A stretch of 64,000 bases of DNA, from contig JAVLKG010000007.1 in the NCBI GenBank assembly GCA_032128875.1, positions 96,001-160,000 on the forward strand, in the 5' to 3' direction. The notes beneath the pieces are model-generated. The model saw only the letters and a list, made by a program, of their open reading frames with translations. It ran no database searches and was not told the origin of the DNA. This document shows positions 40,390-50,593 of this stretch, one piece after another. This stretch comes from Candidatus Melainabacteria bacterium 17Bon1m (GTDB lineage: Bacteria > Cyanobacteriota > Vampirovibrionia > Obscuribacterales > Obscuribacteraceae). The translations under genes and the position numbers were made by a program. Position 1 is the first letter of the stretch. Every line of letters begins with the position of its first letter.

Positions 40390-42066
40390 CTATTTGGTAT
40401 CACCAGCAGTCGGAAGCTTACTCATAGGAGATGCGCTAGTGAAGCTCCAGCGCGCTGCATTGAACAACGGATTGTCCCATGGGACGCCTGTCTTTCTTTG
40501 CGTTCCCAAGCTGATGTTAGTAAGGGTGTTTTGATGCGCAAGCATCAGCTTTGGCTGCACGACGAAAACCCATGGCACCCGTTTTGCAAGTATAGATTGC
40601 ATCTCGGAATAAACGCGTTTTCTATCCTGAAGCGAAGTCGCCGTGCGCCCCTTCTGTATTAGTTCATCAACAACAGGATCATTGAATCGCGAAAAATTCA
40701 TTGGACCTTTACTCGACCAAATCAAGTAACAGTCGGGATCAGGACCAGATGACCGGCTCCACAAAGTGACGTCGTAGTCGCCCTTCTGCAAATATCTGTG
40801 ACGTAAGGCAGCAAACTCAACCACCTCAACTTCACAAGGAATATGAGCTCTCCTGAGCTGTCCTGCAATGGCTTCTGCAATATCCGACGAATCTTTCGTT
40901 GATTTGATACGAAAGGCCAACAGTTGTTCTTTGCCGTCCTTCTGCCGCACATAACCTTGTTTTCCCAATCTAAAGCCTTGCTGTTCGAGAATTTCGCGGG
41001 CTTTCCGCTGGTCATAGCCGTACGTTTTTACCGTCTTATCGAAAGACCATCGCCCTTCGGCAGAATCGCTTGTAGGCAGCACTCCAAAGTCCCCGTACAG
41101 CTTGCTCAAAATATCCTGGCGGTTAACACAGTGTGCGATTGCCTGACGGACAGCATCTTCGTCAAAAGGTGACCGCGCTAGATTGAAACCCAAATAAATA
41201 GTTCTGGAGCCAGCAAATGCATCCAGCACAACATTTTCTTGCTTGCTCAAATAGTATTTCCAGGCTCTTGCGTCCACCTGCGCCACTTGAACATCACCAC
41301 GGCTGAGCGCCATCGACAACAAACTCATGTCTGGTATAACGCGCCAGATAAGCCGTTTAACATCAGGCTGCTTGCCCCAGTAATATGGATTTGGTTCAAA
41401 AACCAGCTCCAGCCCTGACTCCCAACGCCTTAAGCAAAATGGTCCAGACGAAACAGGCTGCCGCATCAACGCGCGTTTGCCTTTGTCCACAGAGGAAAGT
41501 AATACCGCAGGCAGGATTTTCAGTTCGACAAGGCGGGACAAAAGCGGCGCGCATGGACGGCTGAGCTTCAGTGTGATGATGTTTGTATCGCCAATGACTT
41601 CTTTCACATCCCGGTAATCATCTTTGTATGGAGAGATCTTTGACGATGCAGCGTTAATCGACTGGATAACGTCTTCAGTAGAAATCCTCGTCCCATCGGA
41701 GAAGCGGAGGTTTTTTCGCAACCAAAACTTGTAAGTCAAACCATCCGGGGATATCTCGAACCGCTCGGCAAGCCCAGGAACGATATCGGTATCTGCGCCG
41801 TAACTAACAAGACCTTCGTAAACCAGTGTTTGTCCGTAATAGGAAGCCGAGTCGACTGCGCGAAGCGGATAAAAACCAACGGGCTCCCAATTCATGCCGA
41901 AGACAACGGTCTTTCTCTTTTCTGCAGCAAGCGCCGCGCTATTGCCAGCAACCCCGCTTTCGCCGGCTCCTTTTCCCACGGCTTGAAACGCCAGCAGCAA
42001 ACACACTAATGCTAAGCCAGCCAGCATCAAGCTAAAGCGAAGCACCGAACCCTTTGATTTGCTCAA
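40390..42066 (-). CDS. ABC transporter substrate-binding protein, peptide/nickel family 5 (OppA/DppA-like)
   Basis: VYEGLV, PGLAE..ISPDGLTY.F.LR...FSDG, PVSSGPF, VRQAIA. Confidence 0.92.
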   Translation of the reverse strand: MSKSKGSVLRFSLMLAGLALVCLLLAFQAVGKGAGESGVAGNSAALAAEKRKTVVFGMNWEPVGFYPLRAVDSASYYGQTLVYEGLVSYGADTDIVPGLAERFEISPDGLTYKFWLRKNLRFSDGTRISTEDVIQSINAASSKISPYKDDYRDVKEVIGDTNIITLKLSRPCAPLLSRLVELKILPAVLLSSVDKGKRALMRQPVSSGPFCLRRWESGLELVFEPNPYYWGKQPDVKRLIWRVIPDMSLLSMALSRGDVQVAQVDARAWKYYLSKQENVVLDAFAGSRTIYLGFNLARSPFDEDAVRQAIAHCVNRQDILSKLYGDFGVLPTSDSAEGRWSFDKTVKTYGYDQRKAREILEQQGFRLGKQGYVRQKDGKEQLLAFRIKSTKDSSDIAEAIAGQLRRAHIPCEVEVVEFAALRHRYLQKGDYDVTLWSRSSGPDPDCYLIWSSKGPMNFSRFNDPVVDELIQKGRTATSLQDRKRVYSEMQSILAKRVPWVFVVQPKLMLAHQNTLTNISLGTQRKTGVPWDNPLFNAARWSFTSASPMSKLPTAGDTK

Positions 42067-42082
42067 AACAGTCCCAAACAGC

Positions 42083-42523
42083 TTAGTAGCCGTTGCCTTG
42101 AGACACGAAGTAGAAGCAAGCTAGCATCACAAGCATGGCGCTCGTCACGCCCAGCCAGAATCCAGCAACCAGAATCTGCCAAACAATAAGCGCCTGACGA
42201 GCTGTAAGGCTGATCATGATGCCCAAGCGGTTGATGATGTAGAAGATTACAGCGCCTACCGTGAACAGCAGCGGCAAAAGCTTGATACCGGGCGGTACAG
42301 GTACGCAAACAGCCATCACAAGGCTGAGAATACAAAGTACGACGAGCGCGATGGTCACATAGTCCGAAAAGCGCTGTTTGACGTTTTCCGCCACAGACGC
42401 TTCATTGACGTGCTTCAGCGCACGAAGGAAATTGGTAAGACCCTGGCGCCTAATAGGCTGTTCTTCACCAGCGCTATCTGCCGCCGGATTGGAATCCATT
42501 TTGTGTGCTTCCGATTCAGACAC
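42083..42523 (-). CDS. Hypothetical membrane protein (3 TM)
   Basis: Three hydrophobic segments; GTG start with GAGGT RBS. Confidence 0.75.
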   Translation of the reverse strand: MSESEAHKMDSNPAADSAGEEQPIRRQGLTNFLRALKHVNEASVAENVKQRFSDYVTIALVVLCILSLVMAVCVPVPPGIKLLPLLFTVGAVIFYIINRLGIMISLTARQALIVWQILVAGFWLGVTSAMLVMLACFYFVSQGNGY

Positions 42524-42635
42524 AAACCAACCTCTTTACTCGCCGGAACTCCCTCTAATATTATCAAGCCTCGCTCTTATCCGTGAGCCCGAAAAGAAGT
42601 AAAGTGAGCCAGTAGAAGAAATAAAGTGAGCCTAA

Positions 42636-43595
42636 GTGAGCCCGTCCGACAATAATTATCCGTCGCAAGAGCCGTCCGTGTGGGCTCTAGTCCTGCACTG
42701 GCGCGGGATTGAGTACACTCGGCGCTGCCTGACTTCCCTCAAAGAAATACACAAGCCGAATTTCAATATTTTGCTGGTAGACAACGGGTCTGAAGAAACA
42801 GACGAGACAACAGACGGGGCAAAACTTCAATCGGAGTTTCCGGGCATTGAATTGCTGCGATTGGAGACCAATCAGGGGTTTGCAGGTGGCTGCAATGCCG
42901 GAATGCGCTACTGCTTGGACAAGGGCGCCGATCTTATCTGGCTTCTCAACAACGACACGACCATTCCAACTGACTCTTTAGATAAGCTCCTGGCAGTTTC
43001 CGCCACGAACCCAAAGGCTGCTGCCTTGGGAGCCAGCATTGTTGAAAACGAGGAAGACGGGCGCGCAAAAACCGTCCAAGCACGCGGCGTGATTGATTTC
43101 ACCAAGGCAAAAACTTACCTCAAACGAGACGCCGAAGGTCTCACTGTGGATTGCGAATGGTTGTCCGGGTCAAATTTACTGTTACGAGCCGATGCTTTGA
43201 AAGAAGTTGGTCTCTTCGACGAGTCGTACTTTTTATACTTTGAAGACACCGAACTCTGCCATCGGTTGCGGCTAAAAGGTTGGAAGTGCCTTCTTGTACC
43301 GGATGCAATCATCGCGCATACCGGCAATGCGTCTACATCTGGAAAGCGCAGATTTTGGCGTGATTACTATTACACGCGCAATAGATTTCTATTTTTCTCG
43401 CAGTATCTACCAGGCACAAAACGCCTCCCAGCCTACGCTTTCATCTTCTCGCATCTGCTACGCCACACTCTTGTACTTCCTTTTAGAGGAGAAAAAGGAC
43501 GCAATCAATTGCGCGCTGAATTGCTTGGAGCGCGCGACTTCTTCAGTCACTCGCTCGGACGGGCAACATGCCTGGACTGGTGCGAGGAAAACTAA
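42636..43595 (+). CDS. Glycosyltransferase family 2
   Basis: VDNGS, NQGFAGGCN, LLNND, FDESYFLYFED. Confidence 0.92.
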   Translation: MSPSDNNYPSQEPSVWALVLHWRGIEYTRRCLTSLKEIHKPNFNILLVDNGSEETDETTDGAKLQSEFPGIELLRLETNQGFAGGCNAGMRYCLDKGADLIWLLNNDTTIPTDSLDKLLAVSATNPKAAALGASIVENEEDGRAKTVQARGVIDFTKAKTYLKRDAEGLTVDCEWLSGSNLLLRADALKEVGLFDESYFLYFEDTELCHRLRLKGWKCLLVPDAIIAHTGNASTSGKRRFWRDYYYTRNRFLFFSQYLPGTKRLPAYAFIFSHLLRHTLVLPFRGEKGRNQLRAELLGARDFFSHSLGRATCLDWCEEN

Positions 43596-43715
43596 TTCTC
43601 TCGAGGCAAAACTCAAAAAATCCGGGAAAATCGCACGCTAGACTTTCTCACGTGATCTTTATGTGTTGACCCTTAGAGTGCTCAGAACCCCCCCCGAGCA
43701 CCTTGGAGAGTCGAT

Positions 43716-44312
43716 ATGGAAAATTTTCGTTGTGCCGACAGCACGCAGTCACAAGGAAGTAGTCATTCTGCTCTGATCGAAGACTTCTTAAATCAAACAT
43801 TCCAGAAAGAAAACGAACCTGTCTATCGCTGTCCTACAGGAACAGTTCCTGCCGTTGAGATGTACGACTCAGAGGCTGCGCAGGGCGATAAAGCAGCGGG
43901 TCACAGTGCAGTGGTTAATGCACATAACGCCTTTGACGAAAGCGCCGAAAATCTTGACCAGAGACAAAAAGGATTAGAATACCTAAACTCACACAAATCC
44001 CCCACGGAGATTGCATCTCAGTACGCTAAAGACTGGCAAGAAGGACACTATCAATTCTTCACACCGTTTCTCAACGACATCTACCATGTAGCAAGAAACA
44101 GTGATGACAAGGCTGCAACGCTAAAACAAATACAAGACACAATGAATCAGATCTTGAAGGATGATCCGAAGGATACCGAAGTTGCTCTAGATCTTCGAGC
44201 CGATGGCACAGTATTGGTGCGCTTTGGCGATCAAAACAGCTTCTACAGACGCATTGTAGATTTAAAAGAACCTTTCCACTACGGCAATAGCTTCAGCTGG
44301 GAAGACTATTAG
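43716..44312 (+). CDS. Hypothetical protein
   Basis: GGAGAG RBS; 198-aa ORF; no domain recognised. Confidence 0.7.
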   Translation: MENFRCADSTQSQGSSHSALIEDFLNQTFQKENEPVYRCPTGTVPAVEMYDSEAAQGDKAAGHSAVVNAHNAFDESAENLDQRQKGLEYLNSHKSPTEIASQYAKDWQEGHYQFFTPFLNDIYHVARNSDDKAATLKQIQDTMNQILKDDPKDTEVALDLRADGTVLVRFGDQNSFYRRIVDLKEPFHYGNSFSWEDY

Positions 44313-44937
44313 AAACACCAGCAAGAATAAGCTGAATAGCCTGATCCACGTGCACGTCATATAGATCTTTATTCAAAATATCCGGCGTGCCATCAAACAT
44401 GTGAGCGAGGTTGTTCCGCGACATCGTATAGAAAAGACATGCCCCCATGATGTTGATCGAGGTATGAAGACTGTTTATCTCACTCCTAAAGACGCCTTCT
44501 TTCTTTCCGCGCTCCAGAATTGCTTGTATTGGTTCGTAAATAGCTGAGATCACAATCTGCTTATAGTATTTGCCTTCATTCTGAATGCCTTCGAAAAGCA
44601 TGATCAAAGGCAGATTTCGATTCTCGCGCAAATCCGTCATGATTATGCGGAGAAAACGCTCCAAAGCTTCCGGCGGCGTCGCCTGATTGATATCGAATCC
44701 CTGAGCGACTTTCGCCTGCTCAGAGAACATTCGCTCCAATACGAGCTGATACAAAGTTTCCTTCGAATCAAAGTAATAATGAATCATCGCGCGCGTACAG
44801 TCTGCCGCGATCGCCATGTCTTCGGTGCGCGCGCCTAACAATCCGCGCCTGGCAAATTCGCATTCAGCTGCGTCGAGAATAAGTTTTTTCGTCAGCTCAG
44901 CGTCTCGCTGTTTGCTGACAATTTTGGTTTTGGCCAT
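44293..44937 (-). CDS. TetR/AcrR-family transcriptional regulator
   Basis: ILDAA..EFARRG...TRAMIHYYFDSKE.LY HTH; divergent from emrAB. Confidence 0.93.
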   Translation of the reverse strand: MAKTKIVSKQRDAELTKKLILDAAECEFARRGLLGARTEDMAIAADCTRAMIHYYFDSKETLYQLVLERMFSEQAKVAQGFDINQATPPEALERFLRIIMTDLRENRNLPLIMLFEGIQNEGKYYKQIVISAIYEPIQAILERGKKEGVFRSEINSLHTSINIMGACLFYTMSRNNLAHMFDGTPDILNKDLYDVHVDQAIQLILAGVSNSLPS

Positions 44938-45062
44938 CAGTTCACTCGGTTTGTTTGGTCAAATTGATCGATTTTCGATCGAAAAAGCGCCCTTCTCGGT
45001 CCAAAAACCCAACCAACTAACAAAATTGTAAACCAGACTACACAATCCGGCAAGAAACCCCC

Positions 45063-45108
45063 TTGACGGTTTCGGCTTTTGGGTACATACTAACTAACAT
45101 GTTAGTTA
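45063..45108 (+). promoter_or_regulatory. emrAB promoter overlapping a putative TetR operator
   Basis: TTGACG-17 bp-CATACT, followed by the perfect 18-bp palindrome TAACTAACATGTTAGTTA (45091-45108). Confidence 0.75.
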
Positions 45109-45129
45109 ACCGATTAGAGGGCGACGAAA

Positions 45130-46530
45130 ATGGCAGTCCCAACATTAGAAGAAAAGCCCTGCACCGAACTCAAAGCTTACCCGGTAACCACAGTTCCTTG
45201 TAGAGATGTCACCACCTCCCCCAACCCGGAAGGCGACGCATACGCTGAAAACGTTCACACCGACAAAAAGGCTGGAAAGTTCAACTTCGGAAAACATAGG
45301 AAGGTTTTGGCGATAGCGACCGCAGCGCTGCTATTAATCGGTGGCGGCAGTATCGGAGCCATTCAGTGGCTTTCATTCTTGTCTGCGCACCAAGAAACAG
45401 ACGACGCTTACGTCACCGGACACCTGCACCAAATCAGCAGCCGCATAGACGGAACGGTCGCGCAAGTTCTTATCGACGATAACCAACACGTCAAAGAAGG
45501 ACAGGTTATCGCTGTACTTGACCCGCGCGACTATCAAGTGAAGGTCAACCAAGCGAAAGCAGCACTCGATTCTGCAAAGCGCCAAGCAAATTCCGCATTC
45601 AGCTCCATCAACCTCGCTAGCACGACCGCCCAAGGCAACGAACTGAGCGCCAATGGAGCTGTTGAAGATGCCCGGGCCACGATCGCCAAAGCGGAGGCAG
45701 CAGTTCAAGAGTCTCTCGCACAAATCGAGCATTCTAAAGACGACCTGGTCGGCAAGCAAGCCGAGGTCGAACGCGCCGAGCTCGACTACAAAAGATTTGA
45801 TGACTTAGCCAAGGATCAAGCCGTTTCGCAACAACAAGCAGACAATGCAAAACGCGACTTCATCGTCGCCGAGAAAGCTCGCGACATGGCGCAAAAACAA
45901 ATTACACAGGCAAACGCACAATACGCTCAAGCGTTAGAAACAGTGAAGAAAGCCAAGGCACAATTGGTCCAAACCCAAGGACAAGTGCAATTGGCCAAAG
46001 CAAGTCAGGTACAAACAGAAGTCAACTCTAAGAACTACGACGTCGCAAACGCCGCTATTGAAGAGGCTACGGCCAAGCTCCAAGAAGCTGCTTTGAACCT
46101 CTCGTACACGACGATCGTTGCACCGACGACTGGACGCATCGGCAAGAAATCAGTCGAAGTTGGTCAGCATGTGCAGCCTGGACAACCGCTGGTCACGCTC
46201 GTTTCGGATGACCTTTGGGTAGTCGCAAACTTCAAAGAAACACAACTCGAGAAGATGCGCCCGCATCAAGAAGTCGAATTGAAAGTCGATTCTTTCCCAG
46301 GACACATTTTCAAAGGAACCATCGATAGTGTCGCTCCTGGCTCTGGTTCTAGCTTTGCAGTCCTTCCTTCAGACAATGCAACCGGCAACTTCACCAAAAT
46401 CGTTCAACGCGTTCCGGTAAAGGTTGTTTTCAACAAAGCCAGCCTTGGAATGTACTCGGACCTGCTGGTTCCTGGAATGTCGGTCATCGTAGACGTTGAA
46501 GTGAAAGGTCACAATACCAAAAAGGCGTAA
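45130..46530 (+). CDS. emrA: EmrA/HlyD-family efflux adaptor
   Basis: ETDDAYV, long coiled coil, WVVANFKETQL, NATGNFTKIVQRVPV. Confidence 0.92.
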   Translation: MAVPTLEEKPCTELKAYPVTTVPCRDVTTSPNPEGDAYAENVHTDKKAGKFNFGKHRKVLAIATAALLLIGGGSIGAIQWLSFLSAHQETDDAYVTGHLHQISSRIDGTVAQVLIDDNQHVKEGQVIAVLDPRDYQVKVNQAKAALDSAKRQANSAFSSINLASTTAQGNELSANGAVEDARATIAKAEAAVQESLAQIEHSKDDLVGKQAEVERAELDYKRFDDLAKDQAVSQQQADNAKRDFIVAEKARDMAQKQITQANAQYAQALETVKKAKAQLVQTQGQVQLAKASQVQTEVNSKNYDVANAAIEEATAKLQEAALNLSYTTIVAPTTGRIGKKSVEVGQHVQPGQPLVTLVSDDLWVVANFKETQLEKMRPHQEVELKVDSFPGHIFKGTIDSVAPGSGSSFAVLPSDNATGNFTKIVQRVPVKVVFNKASLGMYSDLLVPGMSVIVDVEVKGHNTKKA

Positions 46531-46536
46531 GGTATC

Positions 46537-48144
46537 ATGAACGCGCAAGCAACAGCAGAAGCGCAACCCGCCATGACCAACTCACCCAATCAAGGCGCTG
46601 AACGCGAAGTAACCTTCAAAGACTGGATTGCAGTCGTCGGTTCCGCGCTCGGCGCCTTCATGGCAGTGCTGGATATTCAAATTACGGCATCGTCTCTCAA
46701 AGACATTCAAGGCGCCTTGGGCGCAAGTCTTGACGAAGGCAGCTGGATCTCCACCGCTTACCTGATTGCGGAAATTGTCACTATCCCTCTCACTGGCTGG
46801 TTGTCCAAAGTTTTCGGGTTAAAGCGCTACATCCTCACAAACGCCGTCCTCTTCCTCATTTTTTCGATGTGCTGCGGACTTGCCTGGGACTTAAACTCAC
46901 TCATCACATTTCGTGCAGCTCAAGGATTCACAGGCGGTGTGCTGATTCCGATGTCGTTTGCAATTATTCTTTCGAAACTCCCTCCATCGAAACAACCGAT
47001 TGGTTTGGCGATATTCAGCATCACCGCAGTGTTCGCGCCATCGATCGGTCCTACAATCGGCGGCTATCTGACCGACAACTTCGGTTGGGAGTACAGCTTC
47101 TACCTCAATTTGATCCCAGGCATAGCGCTCATCTCAATGCTTGCGTATTCATTGCCAAAAGCAAAAATGCAGTTGGAGCTGCTCAAACGCGGCGACTATC
47201 TCGGCATTACCACAATGGCAATCGGGCTCAGTTGCTTGATCTATGTACTTGAAGAGGGGCAGCGCAAAGACTGGTTTGGTTCAGAACTGATCTCGCGCTC
47301 GGCAATCGTCGCCGCAATTACGCTAACTATTTTCGTAATTTCTCAGTTCGTCAAGAAAGAACCGCTGCTCAACCTCAAACTGCTATTCCAGCGCAACTTC
47401 GGTATAGGCAGCTTCGCCAACACTGTCTTCGGGATGGCTCTCTACGGCAGTGTATTCATCATCCCGTCTTACCTGACAATCGTGCAAGGCTACAGCGCCT
47501 TGCAAATCGGGCAAGTTTTGATTTGGTCAGGACTGCCACAACTTGCGATCACACCATTTATACCGCTGCTTATGAAGAAGGTAGACGCGCGCATCATGCT
47601 CGTCGCCGGTCTCGCGCTGTTCTCCGCAAGTTGTTTCATGAATGCATTTATGAGCCACGACTACTCGGGTCCACAGCTGATCGCAGCAATGCTTGTGCGC
47701 TCTTTGGGACAGCCATTGATCATGGTTCCACTATCGACCTTAACCACCGCCGGCATTGCACAGGAAGAAGCACCGACAGCCTCGTCGCTGTTCAATATGA
47801 TGCGCAACCTCGGTGGTTCGTTCGGAATTGCAGGACTTTCGACCATTCTCACGCAGCGCGAACAGTTTCACTCTGAGCGCATTGGCGAGTCTTTCACCGC
47901 AGTCGGTTTGAACACACAGCAATTCCTAAGCCAAGCAATGGAGAAATTTCAACAACACGGCTACTCGCAATATAGCGCTCACCAAGCTGCGATCGAACAG
48001 CTAGCGCACCGCATCAAAGTGGAGGCCTACGTACAATCATTCAACGATTGTTTCCTGGCGCTCGGCATTGTTCTACTTACAGCAGCTATTGTCGCAATGT
48101 TCTTGAAAAAAGCAGACCCCAACGCGCATTCAATGGCTGAGTAG
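46537..48144 (+). CDS. emrB: EmrB/QacA DHA2-family MFS efflux pump
   Basis: FMAVLDIQI, SWISTAYL, APSIGPTIGGYLT, RNLGGS; ~14 TM. Confidence 0.92.
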   Translation: MNAQATAEAQPAMTNSPNQGAEREVTFKDWIAVVGSALGAFMAVLDIQITASSLKDIQGALGASLDEGSWISTAYLIAEIVTIPLTGWLSKVFGLKRYILTNAVLFLIFSMCCGLAWDLNSLITFRAAQGFTGGVLIPMSFAIILSKLPPSKQPIGLAIFSITAVFAPSIGPTIGGYLTDNFGWEYSFYLNLIPGIALISMLAYSLPKAKMQLELLKRGDYLGITTMAIGLSCLIYVLEEGQRKDWFGSELISRSAIVAAITLTIFVISQFVKKEPLLNLKLLFQRNFGIGSFANTVFGMALYGSVFIIPSYLTIVQGYSALQIGQVLIWSGLPQLAITPFIPLLMKKVDARIMLVAGLALFSASCFMNAFMSHDYSGPQLIAAMLVRSLGQPLIMVPLSTLTTAGIAQEEAPTASSLFNMMRNLGGSFGIAGLSTILTQREQFHSERIGESFTAVGLNTQQFLSQAMEKFQQHGYSQYSAHQAAIEQLAHRIKVEAYVQSFNDCFLALGIVLLTAAIVAMFLKKADPNAHSMAE

Positions 48145-48171
48145 CCAATTTGGCTGGAGTTGTGGGCCCTA

Positions 48172-48543
48172 TCAATCTTGGTCTTTTGTGCACTGGGTAT
48201 GTGTTGTTTGCTTTCGCTCTGACCACTTTCCACTCACTTCGTTCAACACAAATGAAATGAACGCAGTCATCAATGCCACGCGAAATGCAACTTCAATGCC
48301 CTCATTAACCATGTTACCGGCTAGGGCAAGCGGCACTATTTGTTCCTTCAACCTCGAAAGCTCGCAGTGCACAAACATATCCGCCACGCGTCTATAACTG
48401 ACACACAAAGCAGCGTACGAGGTAGACGCTTCAAAACTAAAATGTATCAGCTCAAAAAGAAAGCCAATAAAAAAGCCAAAGAAAAGCGGTCTCCAGTACC
48501 AGAGGATCTTTTGTTTGCGACTTAGTTCACTGTACGCCGGCAT
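48172..48543 (-). CDS. Hypothetical membrane protein (paralog A)
   Basis: LSRKQ.(I/L)LWYWRP motif shared with 48553..49062. Confidence 0.7.
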   Translation of the reverse strand: MPAYSELSRKQKILWYWRPLFFGFFIGFLFELIHFSFEASTSYAALCVSYRRVADMFVHCELSRLKEQIVPLALAGNMVNEGIEVAFRVALMTAFISFVLNEVSGKWSERKQTTHTQCTKDQD

Positions 48544-48552
48544 TGATCACCA

Positions 48553-49062
48553 TTAGACAGTAAAAAACAATCTCCAATCAAATCCAAGTAAATCCAAAAA
48601 CCCAGTCAAAATCATCAAAACGACAATAGAACCAATAATCGCCACACAGATGACCTTTGCCACATCACCCTTAAACATACCAACGATGGAATAGTGATTT
48701 TTGCCAAAAATAGAGGTCAACACTTCATCTATAGGTTGTGCCCATTTGCCCTTCACTTGTTTAAGAGCAAAGGCAATAAATGTAGTGATAACCGTCGTTC
48801 GAAAAACAGTATCCATGCCCTGATCTACTAAGTACCTAGCAAAAACCAAATCTCTTGCTTTAGCAATTAAATCTGCATGTCTTTCATAAAAATCGTTGGG
48901 ATCCATACCCGGATGCCAGAACGAATCCCAGTCGATGCTCCAGTCACAGGCGACTCCCAGACCAATCAAAAGTACAAAAACAATCCCAAGATACATCCCA
49001 AAACAGAATGGGCGCCAGTACCACAGCAGTTCCTGTTTGCGCGAAAGAATGCCTTTAATCAA
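48553..49062 (-). CDS. Hypothetical membrane protein (paralog B)
   Basis: LSRKQELLWYWRP...VKGKW; 3 TM. Confidence 0.72.
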   Translation of the reverse strand: MIKGILSRKQELLWYWRPFCFGMYLGIVFVLLIGLGVACDWSIDWDSFWHPGMDPNDFYERHADLIAKARDLVFARYLVDQGMDTVFRTTVITTFIAFALKQVKGKWAQPIDEVLTSIFGKNHYSIVGMFKGDVAKVICVAIIGSIVVLMILTGFLDLLGFDWRLFFTV

Positions 49063-49153
49063 TTTGGATTACCTGACTAGTTATCTGAATCCATCATACA
49101 AAAGACGATGTCGCAGCAATCCTCCAGTTATTGTCGGCTCTGCTCCCGCGCTT

Positions 49154-49798
49154 TCAATAGCTCGCCTCTTCTGGTTTCCAACGTATCATCAATACACACA
49201 CGCAAATCAGCAAAAAGAGTGGCAGCACGCCCGAAGCAAACGAAAACAGAAGCAATATTTTCAAACCGCATAGGAGTCGAATTATCATCTGGTCAAAAGA
49301 TTGATCAACAGGAAGCTTGCCCTGCGCTGCACTTAATAGGATAAAGGTTGTTCCAACTGCAAGAAGACACGTTGCAGCTAACTCAAGACTCCGACGAATG
49401 CAGTCAACAGCTCGAACTTTTTTGAACTGTTCGAAAAATACCAAAACCATAGCGGATAATCCAACGTACAAGAATCCGTGATCTAGAAATTCCATTGAGA
49501 ATCTGAGAGCAAAGGCCTGCGTCTTCAGCCGCGCGTATTGGTCTCGCAGAGCCAAATAACTGTCAAAGGAAGCATTGCCAGGACCAGCGACTTTCGACAA
49601 CATCTCACTGAGTACCGGAAATGGTGCAATCATCCGGTCACAGAAAGGCGGGGGTAAAACCGATTCGACAGATTCTAAGCCCAAAAAAATTGCGCCGAGT
49701 CCAACACCAATCAGAATAATTGCAATGTACTTCGCTCTTGTTGCGCTATGAGTTCCAAAGACGTTCATCCTAATTACTTTTCTCAAACTTGAAAGCAC
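49154..49798 (-). CDS. Hypothetical membrane protein (~4 TM; possibly a distant paralog C)
   Basis: Hydrophobic segments; RLKTQ...LDHG resembles RLKEQ...VNEG in paralog A. Confidence 0.62.
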   Translation of the reverse strand: MLSSLRKVIRMNVFGTHSATRAKYIAIILIGVGLGAIFLGLESVESVLPPPFCDRMIAPFPVLSEMLSKVAGPGNASFDSYLALRDQYARLKTQAFALRFSMEFLDHGFLYVGLSAMVLVFFEQFKKVRAVDCIRRSLELAATCLLAVGTTFILLSAAQGKLPVDQSFDQMIIRLLCGLKILLLFSFASGVLPLFLLICVCVLMIRWKPEEASY

Positions 49799-49885
49799 AC
49801 GCCAATGCCGCTCAATGAATGGCTTCTATTTCAAAACGAAAACTTGAAATCTAGAAGTTCATCTCAACCCATCATACAAAAGCAC

Positions 49886-49912
49886 AAAAATGCCGGCTTC
49901 GAAAACCGGCAC
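49886..49912 (-). terminator. Intrinsic terminator of the rpmH-jag operon
   Basis: TGCCGG/CCGGCA stem with a T-run on the minus strand. Confidence 0.6.
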
Positions 49913-49935
49913 TTCTAAATTCCATTTTTGAAAAT

Positions 49936-49988
49936 GCGGGCGAGCCGCCCACGCTCCCAGAGCGGTCGACGCATGGCGTCGACCCTAC
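49936..49988. repeat. REP doublet (TGGGAGCG-type plus GTAG-type)
   Basis: GCGGGCGAGCCGCCCACGCTCCCAG followed by GGTCGACGCATGGCGTCGACCCTAC. Confidence 0.62.
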
Positions 49989-49990
49989 AG

Positions 49991-50590
49991 TTACGCTTCG
50001 TCTACGACTTCGGCTTCGTCGCCGTACGCTTCTTCTTCGGCAGCGTAATCATCATCTTCGTCGGCAGGTTTGTGTTTGCCGTTCGACTCTTTCTTCTTCT
50101 TACCGCCGCCGCCTTCTTCCGGCATGCCACGATAAGTGATAACGATGTGCCTGTCTTGACCTTCGCCTTCCGATTCGGACGCGAGTTCTTCGAAGTTTTC
50201 CTGCAAGTATTTGTGCACGATGCGGCGCTCGTATGGGCTCATCGGCGGTAGCGCGATGCGCTCTTGCTCACCATTCAACACTTCAACAGCAGCTCTCTTG
50301 GCGCTGTCCTCGAGATTGCGACGACGACGCAGTCTGTAATCGAGCACATCGACTACGAATGGTCCTTGGTCAGCCATCGCTGATTTGCACATCTGTCTAA
50401 CGATGAACTGCAGAGCTTCCAGAGTCGCTCCATTGCGTCCAATCAGCAATCGGGCGTCATCCGGACGGCACTCGATGCGGAAGCACGTGGTCGTCTCGTC
50501 AATGTCCTCTGCCGAAACCTGCGCCTCAATGTCCAAAATGGCGAGGATTTTTTCCAAATATGATCTGGCGTTTTCGTCTAGTGAGTTCAT
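49991..50590 (-). CDS. jag: Jag/KhpB (EloR) RNA-binding protein with KH and R3H domains and no Jag_N
   Basis: LIGRNGATLEALQ KH motif; MSPYERRIVH R3H motif; located after yidC. Confidence 0.9.
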   Translation of the reverse strand: MNSLDENARSYLEKILAILDIEAQVSAEDIDETTTCFRIECRPDDARLLIGRNGATLEALQFIVRQMCKSAMADQGPFVVDVLDYRLRRRRNLEDSAKRAAVEVLNGEQERIALPPMSPYERRIVHKYLQENFEELASESEGEGQDRHIVITYRGMPEEGGGGKKKKESNGKHKPADEDDDYAAEEEAYGDEAEVVDEA

Positions 50591-50593
50591 AAG

